Shown here piece after piece: positions 39,206 through 49,625 of a stretch of DNA of 64,000 nt (positions are counted from its first letter, which is position 1; the number at the start of each line of letters is the position of its first letter). This stretch comes from Treponemataceae bacterium (GTDB lineage: Bacteria > Spirochaetota > Spirochaetia > Treponematales > Rectinemataceae): positions 1,728,001 to 1,792,000 of the forward strand of contig CAXXVZ010000003.1 of assembly GCA_963678065.2 (NCBI GenBank), given 5' to 3'. The notes under the pieces were generated by a model. That model saw only the letters and a list, made by a program, of their open reading frames with translations. It was not told the DNA's origin and ran no database searches. The translations under genes were made by a program, and so were the position numbers.

Positions 39206-40804
39206 ATGATGTACAGTGGAAGGACGTCGCGGCGCCTGTCGGCGATCGCGGCGGTATCGGTTGTCCTGCTATTCTGTGCCACCGCCGCGGGGGCCCAGTC
39301 GATCCTCAAAATGGGACTCACCGCGGAGACCCTCTCCCTCGATCCGCAATTCTCCACGACCGGATCGACCCAGCAAGTGTCCCAGCACATCTTTGACACT
39401 CTGGTGACGAGGGACAAAAATCTGCAGATCGCGCCCGGCCTCGCGACTTCCTGGACGGAAGTGAATCCGCTCACCTGGGAGATCAAGCTCCGCCAGGGCG
39501 TAAAATTCCACGACGGAAGGCTCTTCACCTCCGCCGACGTCGTCGCCACCATCGCCCGTATCCCGACCCTCCAGGATTCGGCTTCCAGCTACAAGCGGAA
39601 CATCGCCGCCATCAAGGAGACGGTCGCTGTCGATCCCTACACCGTCCGCTTCCTCCTCAAGACCCCCTCACCCCAGTTCGCCATGGACCTGAGCTTCATC
39701 TACGTGATCTCCGGGGCGACGCCCGTCGGGGCGACGACCGACGACTTCAACAAGGGCAAGTACATGGTCGGCACCGGCCCCTTCAAATTCGTCGAGTGGG
39801 TGCGCGGCGACAGGCTCGTCCTCGAGAAGAACCCCGACTACTGGGGCCGCAGATCCTCTTTCGACAAAGTCATCTTCAAGCCGATCACGAGCGACCCCTC
39901 CCGCGTCGCCGCTCTTCTCGCCGGCGATGTCGACATCATCGACCAAGTCTCTCCCGTCGACCAGGACAGGCTCAGGAAGGACTCGCGGGTCACCCTGTTC
40001 AGCAGGGCCGCCGACCGCATGATGTACCTCCACATGGACACGAACCGGGACAAGACCCCCTTCATCGCCGGCAAGGACGGAAAACCTCTCGACAGGAATC
40101 CCCTGAAGGACATCAGGGTCCGCCAGGCCCTCTCCCTCGCCATCAACCGCGACGCCCTCACCGAGCGCGTGCTGAACGGCGCGGCCGAGCCCACCGGCCA
40201 GTTCGTGCCCGAAGGCATGATCGGCTACATCCCCGACGTGAAGCCCGATCCCTACGAGCCCGAGAAGGCGAAGAAGCTCCTCGCCGAGGCCGGCTATCCC
40301 AACGGCTTCTCCATGACCCTGCACGGCTCGAACGACCGCTTCCTCAACGACGAGCAGGTCACGCAGGCCATCGGGCAGTTCTTCGCCCGGATCGGCATCG
40401 ACATCAAGGTCCAGGCCCTGCCCTACAATGTGTTCACAACTGCCGCGACCAATCTCGAGTACAGCATCTTCCTCATCGGCTTCGGCAACACGACGGGCGA
40501 CGCCGCCCGCGGGCTGACTGCCGTCCTCGCGACCTTCGACAAGGCGACGGGCAACGGCGCGAACAACCGCGGACGCTACTCGAACCCCGAGTTCGACCGC
40601 CTCATCAAGGAAGCCTCCCTGGCCACCAATCCGGACAAGCGCGAATCCTTCCTCCAGGAGGCGGTCCGCGTGGCCATAGTCCGCGACAAGGGCATCATCC
40701 CTCTGTACATCCAGACCAACACCTGGGCAGTCCGCAAGGGACTCGCCTACGAGGCGAGGATGGACGAGTACACGATGGCCAACACGGTGACCGCAGTCAG
40801 ATAA
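39206..40804 (+). CDS. Peptide/nickel ABC substrate-binding protein (family 5)
   Basis: PGLATSW, LRQGVKFHDG, GTGPFK. Confidence 0.9.
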   Translation: MMYSGRTSRRLSAIAAVSVVLLFCATAAGAQSILKMGLTAETLSLDPQFSTTGSTQQVSQHIFDTLVTRDKNLQIAPGLATSWTEVNPLTWEIKLRQGVKFHDGRLFTSADVVATIARIPTLQDSASSYKRNIAAIKETVAVDPYTVRFLLKTPSPQFAMDLSFIYVISGATPVGATTDDFNKGKYMVGTGPFKFVEWVRGDRLVLEKNPDYWGRRSSFDKVIFKPITSDPSRVAALLAGDVDIIDQVSPVDQDRLRKDSRVTLFSRAADRMMYLHMDTNRDKTPFIAGKDGKPLDRNPLKDIRVRQALSLAINRDALTERVLNGAAEPTGQFVPEGMIGYIPDVKPDPYEPEKAKKLLAEAGYPNGFSMTLHGSNDRFLNDEQVTQAIGQFFARIGIDIKVQALPYNVFTTAATNLEYSIFLIGFGNTTGDAARGLTAVLATFDKATGNGANNRGRYSNPEFDRLIKEASLATNPDKRESFLQEAVRVAIVRDKGIIPLYIQTNTWAVRKGLAYEARMDEYTMANTVTAVR

Positions 40805-40939
40805 TGCCTTTCCGTCCCGCCCCCGCGGCTGCAGTCATTGCGGTCGGCGCGACGTGCGGGGCGGAAGGATCGCCCCGACCGGCAGGCTCGTCCGCCCGGT
40901 CGGGAAATCCTTCGCACTTCGTTCAGGGACACCCGACAC

Positions 40940-41914
40940 ATGCTTACCTTCATAATCCGCCGGGGACTGCAGAGCATCATCCTGGTGCTCGTCATGTCGA
41001 TACTGGTTTTCCTCGGAGTCTACGCCATCGGCAACCCCGTAGACCTCCTCGTCGCGCCCGACGCCACCGACGCCGAGCGCCAGGAGGTCGTCGTCCGCTT
41101 CGGACTCGACAGACCGCTGTACGAGCAGTACGACCGCTTCCTCGTCAACGCCGTCCAGGGCGATCTCGGAAAATCCTACCGCTTCAACGAGCCGGCCCTC
41201 AGGCTTATAATCCAGCGCGTCCCCGCGACCCTGGAACTGGCCCTCTGCGCCCTCGTCCTGACCATCGTCATCGGCATACCGCTCGGCCTCCACGCCGGCC
41301 TCAGGCCGGACGCTCCTTCCAGCAAACTGATCATGGGAATCTCGGCCTTCGGCTTCTCCGTGCCGACCTTTTGGCTCGGCCTCATGCTCATCATGGTCTT
41401 CGCGGTGTTCCTGGGCTGGCTGCCCGCCTCAGGGCGCGGGGCCACGGTGAACCTCCTCGGCATCCCGGTCAGCTTCCTCACCCTCGACGGCCTGCGTCAC
41501 CTCGTCCTCCCGGCTATAACGGTGGCCTCGTTCAAAATGTCCCTCATCATACGGCTCACCCGCGCAGGCACGCGGGAAGTCGCCCTCTCCGATTACGTGA
41601 AGTTCGCGCGGGCCAAGGGCCTCCGGACCTCCAGGATCATCCGCGTCCACGTGCTCAGGAACACACTCATCCCCATCATCACCGTCCTCGGCCTCGAGTT
41701 CGGACGCGTGATCGCCTTCGCCGTCGTGACCGAGACGATTTTCGCCTGGCCCGGCATGGGCAAACTCATCATCGACTCGATCGGCGTGCTCGACAGGCCG
41801 GTGATCGTGGCCTACCTCATGGTCATCGTCGTCATGTTCATACTCATCAACCTCATCGTCGACGTCGTGTACTCGCTTCTCGATCCCCGCGTCCGCCTGG
41901 AGGAGATGCGATGA
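40940..41914 (+). CDS. Peptide ABC permease (DppB-like)
   Basis: GLDRPL..QY, GDLGKS, ARAKGL, ETIFAWPG. Confidence 0.9.
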   Translation: MLTFIIRRGLQSIILVLVMSILVFLGVYAIGNPVDLLVAPDATDAERQEVVVRFGLDRPLYEQYDRFLVNAVQGDLGKSYRFNEPALRLIIQRVPATLELALCALVLTIVIGIPLGLHAGLRPDAPSSKLIMGISAFGFSVPTFWLGLMLIMVFAVFLGWLPASGRGATVNLLGIPVSFLTLDGLRHLVLPAITVASFKMSLIIRLTRAGTREVALSDYVKFARAKGLRTSRIIRVHVLRNTLIPIITVLGLEFGRVIAFAVVTETIFAWPGMGKLIIDSIGVLDRPVIVAYLMVIVVMFILINLIVDVVYSLLDPRVRLEEMR

Positions 41915-42792
41915 AGAAAAACCAGACTCCCTTCATGCGGATCGTGGACGAGTACCGGGAGAGCCCGGCCGCCATCGCCGCCTTCGCCATCGTCCTCGTC
42001 GTCGCCTTCGTATCGCTGTTCGCGAGCGTGATTTCGCCGCAGGACCCCTACGACCTCTCCAAACTCGATGTCATGGATGGAGTCCTTCCGCCCATGTCGA
42101 AAAACTACGCAGGGGGCAGCTACATCCTCGGCACCGACGAGCAGGGACGGGACATGCTTTCGGCCATATTCTACGGTTTGAGGACGAGTCTCGGCGTCGG
42201 CCTCGTCAGCGCCGTCCTCGCCTTCCTGATCGGGACCAGCCTCGGCCTCCTCGCCGCCTACAAGGGCGGGCGCTTCGACACCCTCCTCATGCGCCTCGTC
42301 GACCTGCAATTGAGTTTCCCCGCGATACTGATAGCCCTCATCCTCCTCGTCGTGCTCGGCCAGGGGGTCGACAAGATCATCATCGCCCTCGTGATCGTGC
42401 AGTGGGCCTACTTCGCCAGGGCCGCGCGGGGGTCGGCGATCTCGGAGCGCGGCAAGGAGTACATGGAGGCCGCGCGCGCCCTCAGGCTGCCGTCGCGGAG
42501 GATCATCTTCCGCCACCTCATGCCCAACGTCATGCCATCCATCATCGTCATCGCCACGACACAGGTCGCAAGGGCCATCACCACGGAAGCCACTCTGAGC
42601 TTTCTCGGGATCGGCCTTCCGATCACGAAGCCCTCCCTGGGACTCCTCATCTCCAACGGTTTCCGCTACCTCCTGTCCGGAAAGTACTGGATCAGTTTCT
42701 ATCCCGGGATCGCGCTGGTCGTGACCATCGTCGCGATAAACATGATGGGCGACAGGCTGCGCGATGTCCTCAATCCGAGGTTGAAGCGATGA
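41911..42792 (+). CDS. Peptide ABC permease (DppC-like)
   Basis: LGTDEQGRD, EATLSFLG, GDRLRD. Confidence 0.9.
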   Translation: MKKNQTPFMRIVDEYRESPAAIAAFAIVLVVAFVSLFASVISPQDPYDLSKLDVMDGVLPPMSKNYAGGSYILGTDEQGRDMLSAIFYGLRTSLGVGLVSAVLAFLIGTSLGLLAAYKGGRFDTLLMRLVDLQLSFPAILIALILLVVLGQGVDKIIIALVIVQWAYFARAARGSAISERGKEYMEAARALRLPSRRIIFRHLMPNVMPSIIVIATTQVARAITTEATLSFLGIGLPITKPSLGLLISNGFRYLLSGKYWISFYPGIALVVTIVAINMMGDRLRDVLNPRLKR

Positions 42793-43826
42793 ACGACACG
42801 ATGAACGACACCAGGAAGGGGCCGGCAGCTCCCGGCGCCGCGGCTGGCGCCGGAACTCCGACGCTCGAGGTGCGAAACCTCTCAACCCATTTCTTCACCA
42901 GGGCCGGTCTCGTCAAAGCCGTGGACGACGTGTCCTTCTCGCTCGGGCCGGGCGAGATCATGGGCCTCGTCGGGGAATCCGGCTCGGGCAAGAGCGTCAC
43001 CGGCTTCTCCATCCTGGGACTCGTCGACGCGCCCGGCAGGATCGTCGGCGGGGACATCATCCTGCGCGGAGAAAACCTCAGGACATGCAAAGAGGAACGA
43101 AGGCGCGAGCTTCGGGGGGCCGTCGTGTCGGCGATATTCCAGGACCCCCTCATGACCCTCAACCCCGTCCTCAGAATCGAGACGCAGATGGTCGAGGCCA
43201 TACAGGCGCACGGGAAGGTGGGCAGGGCCGAGGCGCGCGCGCGCGCCGTCGACGCTCTCGAACGCGTCGGCATCCCATCCGCAGCACAGAGGCTCGGCGC
43301 CTATCCCCACCAGTTCTCAGGCGGCATGCGCCAGCGCGTGTGCATAGCGATCGCCCTCATCAACAATCCGGCCCTCATCATCGCCGACGAGCCGACGACT
43401 GCCCTGGACGTCACGATTCAGGCCCAGATCCTGCACGAGATGAAGAAGCTCTGCGCCGGAACGGGCACCTCCCTCATCTGGATCACCCACGACCTCTCCG
43501 TCGTCGCGGGCCTGGCCGATTCGATCTGCGTCATGTACGCGGGAAAAATCGTGGAGAAGGGATCGGTCGACGAAGTCCTCGACAACCCCTTGCACCCCTA
43601 CACCGAGGGGCTTCTCAAGTCCGTCCCCTCGGGAACGAAGCGCGGGGAAGAACTCTTCCAGATTCCGGGCACCACGCCCTCCCTTATAGACCCGGGCGAG
43701 GGATGCGCCTTCCGCGATCGCTGCTCTTACGCCGACGGACAGTGCGCGGCCACACCCACGGAAACCTTCCGGGGCGGAAGGGCATTCCGCTGTTTCCATC
43801 CCTGCTCGCGAGAGGTCAAGCCGTGA
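42789..43826 (+). CDS. Peptide ABC ATPase (DppD-like)
   Basis: [29 protein letters not shown]. Confidence 0.9.
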   Translation: MNDTMNDTRKGPAAPGAAAGAGTPTLEVRNLSTHFFTRAGLVKAVDDVSFSLGPGEIMGLVGESGSGKSVTGFSILGLVDAPGRIVGGDIILRGENLRTCKEERRRELRGAVVSAIFQDPLMTLNPVLRIETQMVEAIQAHGKVGRAEARARAVDALERVGIPSAAQRLGAYPHQFSGGMRQRVCIAIALINNPALIIADEPTTALDVTIQAQILHEMKKLCAGTGTSLIWITHDLSVVAGLADSICVMYAGKIVEKGSVDEVLDNPLHPYTEGLLKSVPSGTKRGEELFQIPGTTPSLIDPGEGCAFRDRCSYADGQCAATPTETFRGGRAFRCFHPCSREVKP

Positions 43827-44827
43827 ACGAGGCGCCAGTCATACTCCAGGTCGAGGGCCTGTCCAAGCATTTCGCCGGCCGCGTCGACCTTTCCATGAAA
43901 ATCGCCAGAGTCCTGGGCGCCAACCCGAAACCGACAACCGTCCGCGCAGTGGACAGTGTCGGATTCTCCGTGCGCAGGGGAGAGGTCGTGGGGCTCGTCG
44001 GGGAGTCGGGATGCGGGAAGTCCACCCTGGGAAGGATGGTCGCGGGCCTCATCCAGCCGACGGCCGGCACGGTCCTGTACCGCGGCGAAGATCCCTTCGG
44101 CGCGGCGAACCGGGCCGACCGCAAGAAGGCCCTGCGCATCCAGATGATCTTCCAGGACCCCTTCGCCTCGCTCAATCCGCGGATGCGCATCCGCGACATC
44201 ATAGGCGAGGCGCCGGCGGTCCACGGCCTCGTGGGCGCGGCCGGCCTCGACTCCCATGTCGACGAGGTGATGCGGCGCTGCGGCCTCGATCCCGCCTACA
44301 AGACGCGCTATCCTCACCAGTTCTCGGGCGGCCAGAGGCAGCGCGTCGGGATCGCCCGGGCCCTCGCCGTGAATCCCGAGTTCATCGTCGCCGACGAGGC
44401 GGTCGCCTCCCTCGACGTGTCCATCCAGGCCCAGATTCTCAACCTCTTCATGAAGCTCCGGGAGGAACTCTCGCTCAGCTACCTCTTCGTGAGCCACTCC
44501 ATCGGCGTCGTCAGGCACATCTCCGACCGCGTCCTCGTGATGTACCTCGGTCGCCTCGTCGAGGAGGCTCAGGCGGACGAGCTCTTCGCCTCGCCCAACC
44601 ACCCCTACACGAGCGCCCTCCTCTGCGAGGTGCCCCGGATCAAGGACAGGAAGGTCGACTACAACCCCATCCGCGGCGAAATTCCCTCGCCCATGAATCC
44701 CCCGCGAGGCTGTCACTTCCACCCGCGCTGCCCCCACGCCATGGACCGCTGCCGGGTCGAGGTGCCACAGCTGCGGGAAATCGCTCCCGGCAGGCGCTCG
44801 GCCTGCCACCTCAACGCTGCCCTTTAG
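43823..44827 (+). CDS. Peptide ABC ATPase (DppF-like)
   Basis: GESGCGKST, FSGGQRQR, GC.FHPRC; GTG start overlaps the upstream stop. Confidence 0.9.
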   Translation: MNEAPVILQVEGLSKHFAGRVDLSMKIARVLGANPKPTTVRAVDSVGFSVRRGEVVGLVGESGCGKSTLGRMVAGLIQPTAGTVLYRGEDPFGAANRADRKKALRIQMIFQDPFASLNPRMRIRDIIGEAPAVHGLVGAAGLDSHVDEVMRRCGLDPAYKTRYPHQFSGGQRQRVGIARALAVNPEFIVADEAVASLDVSIQAQILNLFMKLREELSLSYLFVSHSIGVVRHISDRVLVMYLGRLVEEAQADELFASPNHPYTSALLCEVPRIKDRKVDYNPIRGEIPSPMNPPRGCHFHPRCPHAMDRCRVEVPQLREIAPGRRSACHLNAAL

Positions 44828-44875
44828 GATCGGGACGATCGATCGGCGATCGCTCACCCGACGAAGGAGAAGGTC

Positions 44876-46723
44876 ATGTACGAAACCGTGCTGGAATCCG
44901 ATGTCATGATCCCGATGAGGGATGGCGTCCGCCTCGCGACGGACATATATCGTCCCGCACATGGCGGAAAACCCGCCCCTGGCGCCTTCCCCGCCATCCT
45001 CGAGCGCACGCCCTACGACAAGACGACTCCCTCGCGCTCGGAGCGCAGTGTGGCCGATCCTGTTCCCGCCTCACGCCGCGAGGTCGCGGAATACTTCGTG
45101 GCCAGGGGCTATGTCTTCGTCTACCAGGATTGCCGCGGCCGCTACAAGTCCGAAGGCTGTTTCACGAAATACCTGTCGGAAGGCGAAGATGGCTACGACA
45201 CCATGTCCTGGATCGTGAAACAGCCCTGGTGCGAGGGGAAAATCGGTACGATGGGGCTGTCCTACGCCGCCCACACACAGGTCGCCGCAGCCTGCCTCGC
45301 CCCCCCGGGGCTCGCCGCGATGTTCGTCGACTCGGGCGGCTTCTCCAACGCCTACCAGGGAGGCATCCGCCAGGGAGGCGCATTCGAGCTGAAGCAGGCC
45401 ACCTGGGCCTACAGACAGGCCCTCCAGAGCAAGGTGGCGACCGAGAATCCGACAGCCGCGGCCGCCCTCGAGTCGGAAGACATCCGCGCGTGGTTCACCA
45501 GGATGCCCTGGAAGCGGGGCCATTCCCCCCTCCGCTGGGTCCCCGAATACGAGGACTACCTCTTCGACCAGTGGTCGCGCGGCCGCTTCGACGAATTCTG
45601 GAAACGGCTCGGGATCTACGCCGAAGGGTACTACGATTCCTTTGCCGACCTTCCCATGGTCCACATGTCGAGCTGGTACGATCCCTATCCGCGCACGGCG
45701 ACGACGAATTACCGCGGCCTCTCGGACCGGAAGCGCGGGCCCGTCTACCTGATCCTCGGACCCTGGACGCACGGCGACCGCTACCTGCAGTATGCGGGCG
45801 ATGTCGATTTCGGCCCGGCGGCCACCCTCGAAGGCAACATCGCGGAAAACTTCCTCTCTCTGCGCCTCGCGTTCTTCGACCGGTGGCTCAAGGGAAAGGC
45901 GGAACAGGGCGACGGGCCGAGGGTCCGGTACTTCCGCATGGGAGGCGGTCCGGGAACGAAAAACCGGGACGGCAGGCTCGAGCACGGCGGCGTCTGGAAA
46001 ACGGCGACCGACTGGCCCATTCCCGGCTCGCGCCCGCTCGAACTCTTCCTCCGCGCCGACGGGAGCCTCGGCGGATCGCCGCCCGCGGAGCAAGAAGCCG
46101 CCCTCTCCTGGCGCTACGACCCGGAACACCCCGTGCCATCCATCGGCGGCTCGATAACCTCGGGCGAACCCGTCATGCGCGGCGGGGCCTTCGATCAGGT
46201 CGAGTCAGATTCAGTCTTCGGCTGTTCCCCTCCCTTCCTGCCGCTCTCGTCGCGGAACGATATCCTCGTGTTCCAGACCCCTCCGCTCGACGCGGACATA
46301 GAGGTGACCGGCCCCGTCTTTGCCAGACTCTTCGTGTCGAGCGACTGTCCCGACACCGACTTCACGATCAAGCTGATCGATGTCCGCCCTCCCGACGCCG
46401 GGTATCCGCGCGGTTTCGCCATGAATCTCTGCGACGGCATTCTCCGGGCGCGCTACCGCGATTCCTGGGAAGAACCGCGCGCGATGGAGCCAGGCCGCGT
46501 GTACGAGATCCTCGTCGAAGCCTTCCCCACCTCCAACCTCTTCTGCGCAGGGCACCGTATCCGGCTCGACATATCGAGTTCGAACTTCCCGCACTTCGAC
46601 ATCAACCCGAACACGGGGGCGCCCGAGGGATCTGCCGGACCCTTCCAGACGGCGGTGAACACCCTTCATCTCGACGCGACGCGGCCCTCGAGGCTCATCC
46701 TGACAGAGGTTCCTCCGGCCTGA
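44876..46723 (+). CDS. CocE/NonD-family serine hydrolase
   Basis: MRDGVRLATDIY, RTPY, QDCRG..SEG, GLSY, GPWTH, SSNFP. Confidence 0.9.
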   Translation: MYETVLESDVMIPMRDGVRLATDIYRPAHGGKPAPGAFPAILERTPYDKTTPSRSERSVADPVPASRREVAEYFVARGYVFVYQDCRGRYKSEGCFTKYLSEGEDGYDTMSWIVKQPWCEGKIGTMGLSYAAHTQVAAACLAPPGLAAMFVDSGGFSNAYQGGIRQGGAFELKQATWAYRQALQSKVATENPTAAAALESEDIRAWFTRMPWKRGHSPLRWVPEYEDYLFDQWSRGRFDEFWKRLGIYAEGYYDSFADLPMVHMSSWYDPYPRTATTNYRGLSDRKRGPVYLILGPWTHGDRYLQYAGDVDFGPAATLEGNIAENFLSLRLAFFDRWLKGKAEQGDGPRVRYFRMGGGPGTKNRDGRLEHGGVWKTATDWPIPGSRPLELFLRADGSLGGSPPAEQEAALSWRYDPEHPVPSIGGSITSGEPVMRGGAFDQVESDSVFGCSPPFLPLSSRNDILVFQTPPLDADIEVTGPVFARLFVSSDCPDTDFTIKLIDVRPPDAGYPRGFAMNLCDGILRARYRDSWEEPRAMEPGRVYEILVEAFPTSNLFCAGHRIRLDISSSNFPHFDINPNTGAPEGSAGPFQTAVNTLHLDATRPSRLILTEVPPA

Positions 46724-46781
46724 GTTTCATTTTCCGGGTTTTTTGTATTTTTATCGATATTTTTAGTTACGAGAGGCTTGA

Positions 46782-46833
46782 CTCCTGAAAATGCGCTGAT
46801 ATCCTGTTGATATATCAGCGCATTTTTCAGGAG
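46782..46833. promoter_or_regulatory. 21-bp inverted repeat overlapping the promoter and SD of the DUF3798 gene
   Basis: CTCCTGAAAATGCGCTGATAT ... ATATCAGCGCATTTTTCAGGAG. Confidence 0.7.
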
Positions 46834-46840
46834 GAAATCT

Positions 46841-48052
46841 ATGAATAGTCCACGGAAAGCGATCGCCTTCGTGCTCGCGGTCTCGTTCATGCTGGCGGGC
46901 ATGTCTGCATTCGCCCAGAACAAGTATCACATCGGCGTCTGCACCGAGACAGTCTCCCAGGCGGAAGACGATCTGCGCGGAGCCGAGCAGCTCATCAAGG
47001 AGTACGGATCGGTCCAGAACGGCGGCATCATCCAGCACATCACCTATCCGGACGACTTCATGTCGCAGCAGGAAACCGTCATCTCCAACCTCGTCGCACT
47101 CTCCGACGATCCTCTCATGAAAGCCATCGTCACCTGCAACGCCCTCCCCGGTGTCTCCGAAGCCTACAAGCGCATCAGGGCGAAACGTCCCGACATCATC
47201 CTCCTGGCCGCCCTCCCCGCCGAAGATCCCCTCGTCATCCAGAAAGCCGCCGACCTCGCCGTAGACCTCGACTTCGTGTCCCGCGGCTACACCATCGTCT
47301 GGGGCGCCAAGCAGATGGGAGCCAAGACCTTCGTCCACATCTCCTTCCCCCGCCACATGTCTTACGAGAGCCTCGGTCGCCGCCGCGCAATCATGGAACA
47401 GGCGTGCAAGGATCTGGGCATCAGATACGCCTTCGAAACCGCGCCGGACCCCACCTCCGACGTCGGCGTCGCGGGATCCCAGCAGTTCATTCTCGAGAAG
47501 GTCCCCCAGTGGCTGCAGAAATACGGCCCTAACGGCGAAAAAGTCGCACTCTTCTGCACGAACGACGCGCAGACCGAGCCTCTCATCAAGCAGATCGTGG
47601 CATCCAAGAACGGCGTTTTCGTCGAGCCCGACACGGCCAGCCCCCTCATGGGTTTCCCCGCTGCCCTCGGTCTCGACCTCACGGTCGAAAAAGGCAATTT
47701 CCCCGCCATCATGAAGTCGATCGAGAAGGCCGTCGTGGCGAAGGGCGCTTCCGGCCGCCTCGGGACCTGGTCCTACAGCACGGGATTCTCCCTCACCGCG
47801 GGCATGGGCGAACTCGCCAAGCGTGTTCTTGACGGCAAGGCCAAGCTGTCCAGCCAGAAAGACATCTACGAGGCCATCGGCAAGTACACGCCCGGCGCCA
47901 AGTGGTCAGGCGCCTACTACACCGACATGGGAACCGGCGTCCGCGCCAAGAACGAGCTCCTTCTCTACATGGACACCTATGTGTTCGGGAAAGGCTACCT
48001 CGGCGCCACCGCCCTCGATATTCCTGAAAAATATTACCTGATCAAGAAATAA
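46841..48052 (+). CDS. DUF3798-family periplasmic binding-like protein
   Basis: HITYPDDFM..QET, TFVHISFPRHMSY, TAPDPTSDVG, FCTNDA. Confidence 0.8.
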   Translation: MNSPRKAIAFVLAVSFMLAGMSAFAQNKYHIGVCTETVSQAEDDLRGAEQLIKEYGSVQNGGIIQHITYPDDFMSQQETVISNLVALSDDPLMKAIVTCNALPGVSEAYKRIRAKRPDIILLAALPAEDPLVIQKAADLAVDLDFVSRGYTIVWGAKQMGAKTFVHISFPRHMSYESLGRRRAIMEQACKDLGIRYAFETAPDPTSDVGVAGSQQFILEKVPQWLQKYGPNGEKVALFCTNDAQTEPLIKQIVASKNGVFVEPDTASPLMGFPAALGLDLTVEKGNFPAIMKSIEKAVVAKGASGRLGTWSYSTGFSLTAGMGELAKRVLDGKAKLSSQKDIYEAIGKYTPGAKWSGAYYTDMGTGVRAKNELLLYMDTYVFGKGYLGATALDIPEKYYLIKK

Positions 48053-48198
48053 GCGCTCTTCCCGTCAGGGCGGCGCCTGCTCTCGCGCAGGCGCCGCCTG
48101 ACGGCCGCGCTTCCCGGGCCGACGAGAGCAAAAAAAGGCGCGGTTTTTCTTTTCCCGTGCTATGATCGCCCCAGTCTTCAGCCTTCAGCTTTTTTGCG

Positions 48199-48954
48199 AT
48201 GGAGTGCAACATGCCACGGGAGACCTGTCCCCGCTGCAGGCGGCCAGTATCCAATTGTCTCTGCCCCGCCCTGCCGCCGATGGAGACTGCGACGCGCATA
48301 GTCCTTCTCATGCACCCCAAAGAGTGGCGGCGCGAGAAGTGCGCGACAGGCAGACTCGCCTGCCTCAATCTCGCCAACAGCGAGATCATTCCCGGCGTCT
48401 CCTTCGAGGACGATGCGCGGGTGCGGGCGCTGACCGGAAATCCCGCCAATTTTCCCGTCCTCCTCTATCCTGGAGGCGAAGCGGTCGTTCTGGACTCCCG
48501 CCCTGCCGCGAGCTTGGAAACTGGAGCGCCGGCTGATCCGGATTCGGCCAGGGACGCCGGGGGCGACCGGGCATTCGCCGATATGGGGAACAGAAGGCTC
48601 GTCGTCTTCCTCTTCGATGCCACCTGGTCCTGTTCGCGGACGATGGCGAAGGCCAATCCCTCCCTGCTCGCCCTTCCGCGCGTCATGTTCGCGCCGAAGG
48701 AGAAGAGCCGTTTCCGGATCAAGCGCCAGCCCGCGGACTGGTGCCTGTCGACCCTCGAGGCGATACACGAGCTTCTGTGCGCCCTCGAGGTCGCCGGGCT
48801 CGACTCCTACCCTGACAAAGCGCGTCTTCTCGATGTCTTTGCCGCGATGCAGGACTTTCAGATCGAGTGCTCGGCGAAGGCGGGGCGCCCCCGTTTCCTG
48901 TCCCGGGAAAGCTGGTCCGGCCCCTCCGGTGAGGGGCGCGACACGAGTCCTTAA
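48199..48954 (+). CDS. DTW-domain tRNA-uridine aminocarboxypropyltransferase-like protein
   Basis: C..C.RP...CLC, HPKE, DATW, LSTLEA. Confidence 0.85.
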   Translation: MECNMPRETCPRCRRPVSNCLCPALPPMETATRIVLLMHPKEWRREKCATGRLACLNLANSEIIPGVSFEDDARVRALTGNPANFPVLLYPGGEAVVLDSRPAASLETGAPADPDSARDAGGDRAFADMGNRRLVVFLFDATWSCSRTMAKANPSLLALPRVMFAPKEKSRFRIKRQPADWCLSTLEAIHELLCALEVAGLDSYPDKARLLDVFAAMQDFQIECSAKAGRPRFLSRESWSGPSGEGRDTSP

Positions 48955-49008
48955 GCCTTGAGTCCTGATGAGAGAGCGGTTGCTGCGGGCTCCGACGCGC
49001 CGGTTCTC

Positions 49009-49491
49009 TCAGCGCCCCTCGGGATTTCCGCTCCGGTACTCTCCGGCTTTCGGAATTTTCGCGAGTGTGTCCCTCACGACCCCGATCGCCCTGGCGAAGC
49101 GCTCGAGCTCGGGTTCGTCCAGACAGGAAAGCTGTGACGAAAGGAAGGCGACGACAGCTTTGCGGCGGCTTTCGGTGAAGGCGCGGCCTTTCTCGGTGAG
49201 AGCAATCATCACGCGCCTCAGATCGGACTCGTCGTGAATCCGCTCGACGAGTCCGAGGTCCTTCAGGCGACGGACCAAGGGTGTGACATTGGGAGGGGAG
49301 ACGGTCAGGATCGACGCGATGTCGGATACCGCGAGCTTCTTCTCCTCCACGAGCGCGGAGAGAAGACGGTGATGGGAGGGCGCGAGGACTTCGTCGCCCT
49401 CGATGAGGTCGTTCCTGACCAGCTTCTTTATGTAGAGAGGAAAAAAATCCAGAAGATTCCCGGCGAGTTCCTCGATCAGTCTGTCTTTCAT
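49009..49491 (-). CDS. MarR-family regulator
   Basis: wHTH with D.RRV..ALTEKG. Confidence 0.88.
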   Translation of the reverse strand: MKDRLIEELAGNLLDFFPLYIKKLVRNDLIEGDEVLAPSHHRLLSALVEEKKLAVSDIASILTVSPPNVTPLVRRLKDLGLVERIHDESDLRRVMIALTEKGRAFTESRRKAVVAFLSSQLSCLDEPELERFARAIGVVRDTLAKIPKAGEYRSGNPEGR

Positions 49492-49519
49492 GCCTTCCCC
49501 GCTTGACCGGATACATATT

Positions 49520-49552
49520 ATTATGTGATCATAATTGTTATGTGTCAATAAT
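49520..49552. promoter_or_regulatory. Two tandem imperfect palindromes (candidate MarR operators) over a leftward promoter
   Basis: ATTATGTGATCATAAT and GTTATGTGTCAATAAT; minus-strand TTGACA-17-CATAAT. Confidence 0.65.
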
Positions 49553-49625
49553 ATTCTTTCGACACAGTGAACGATCGATACAGTGACAGGTTCTGCCCCT
49601 CATGCCGCGGGACCGGGGAGTATTC

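Noticed and set aside
39796..41910. Long N-terminal extension of the DppC-like ORF (similarly 5886, 20491-21780, 42402, 43085 starts)
   Set aside because: The extensions overlap other genes; downstream starts have SD sites or stop-start coupling.
42787..42811. 12-bp duplication CGATGAACGACA at the DppD-like start
   Set aside because: Real but in frame; it only adds a second possible start (MNDTMNDT).
44011..46788. 925-aa ORF and other long overlapping or antisense ORFs (e.g. 35192-36928, 52442-54175, 49583-51085)
   Set aside because: Arg/Pro/Gly-rich shadow frames of real high-GC genes with no recognisable motifs.
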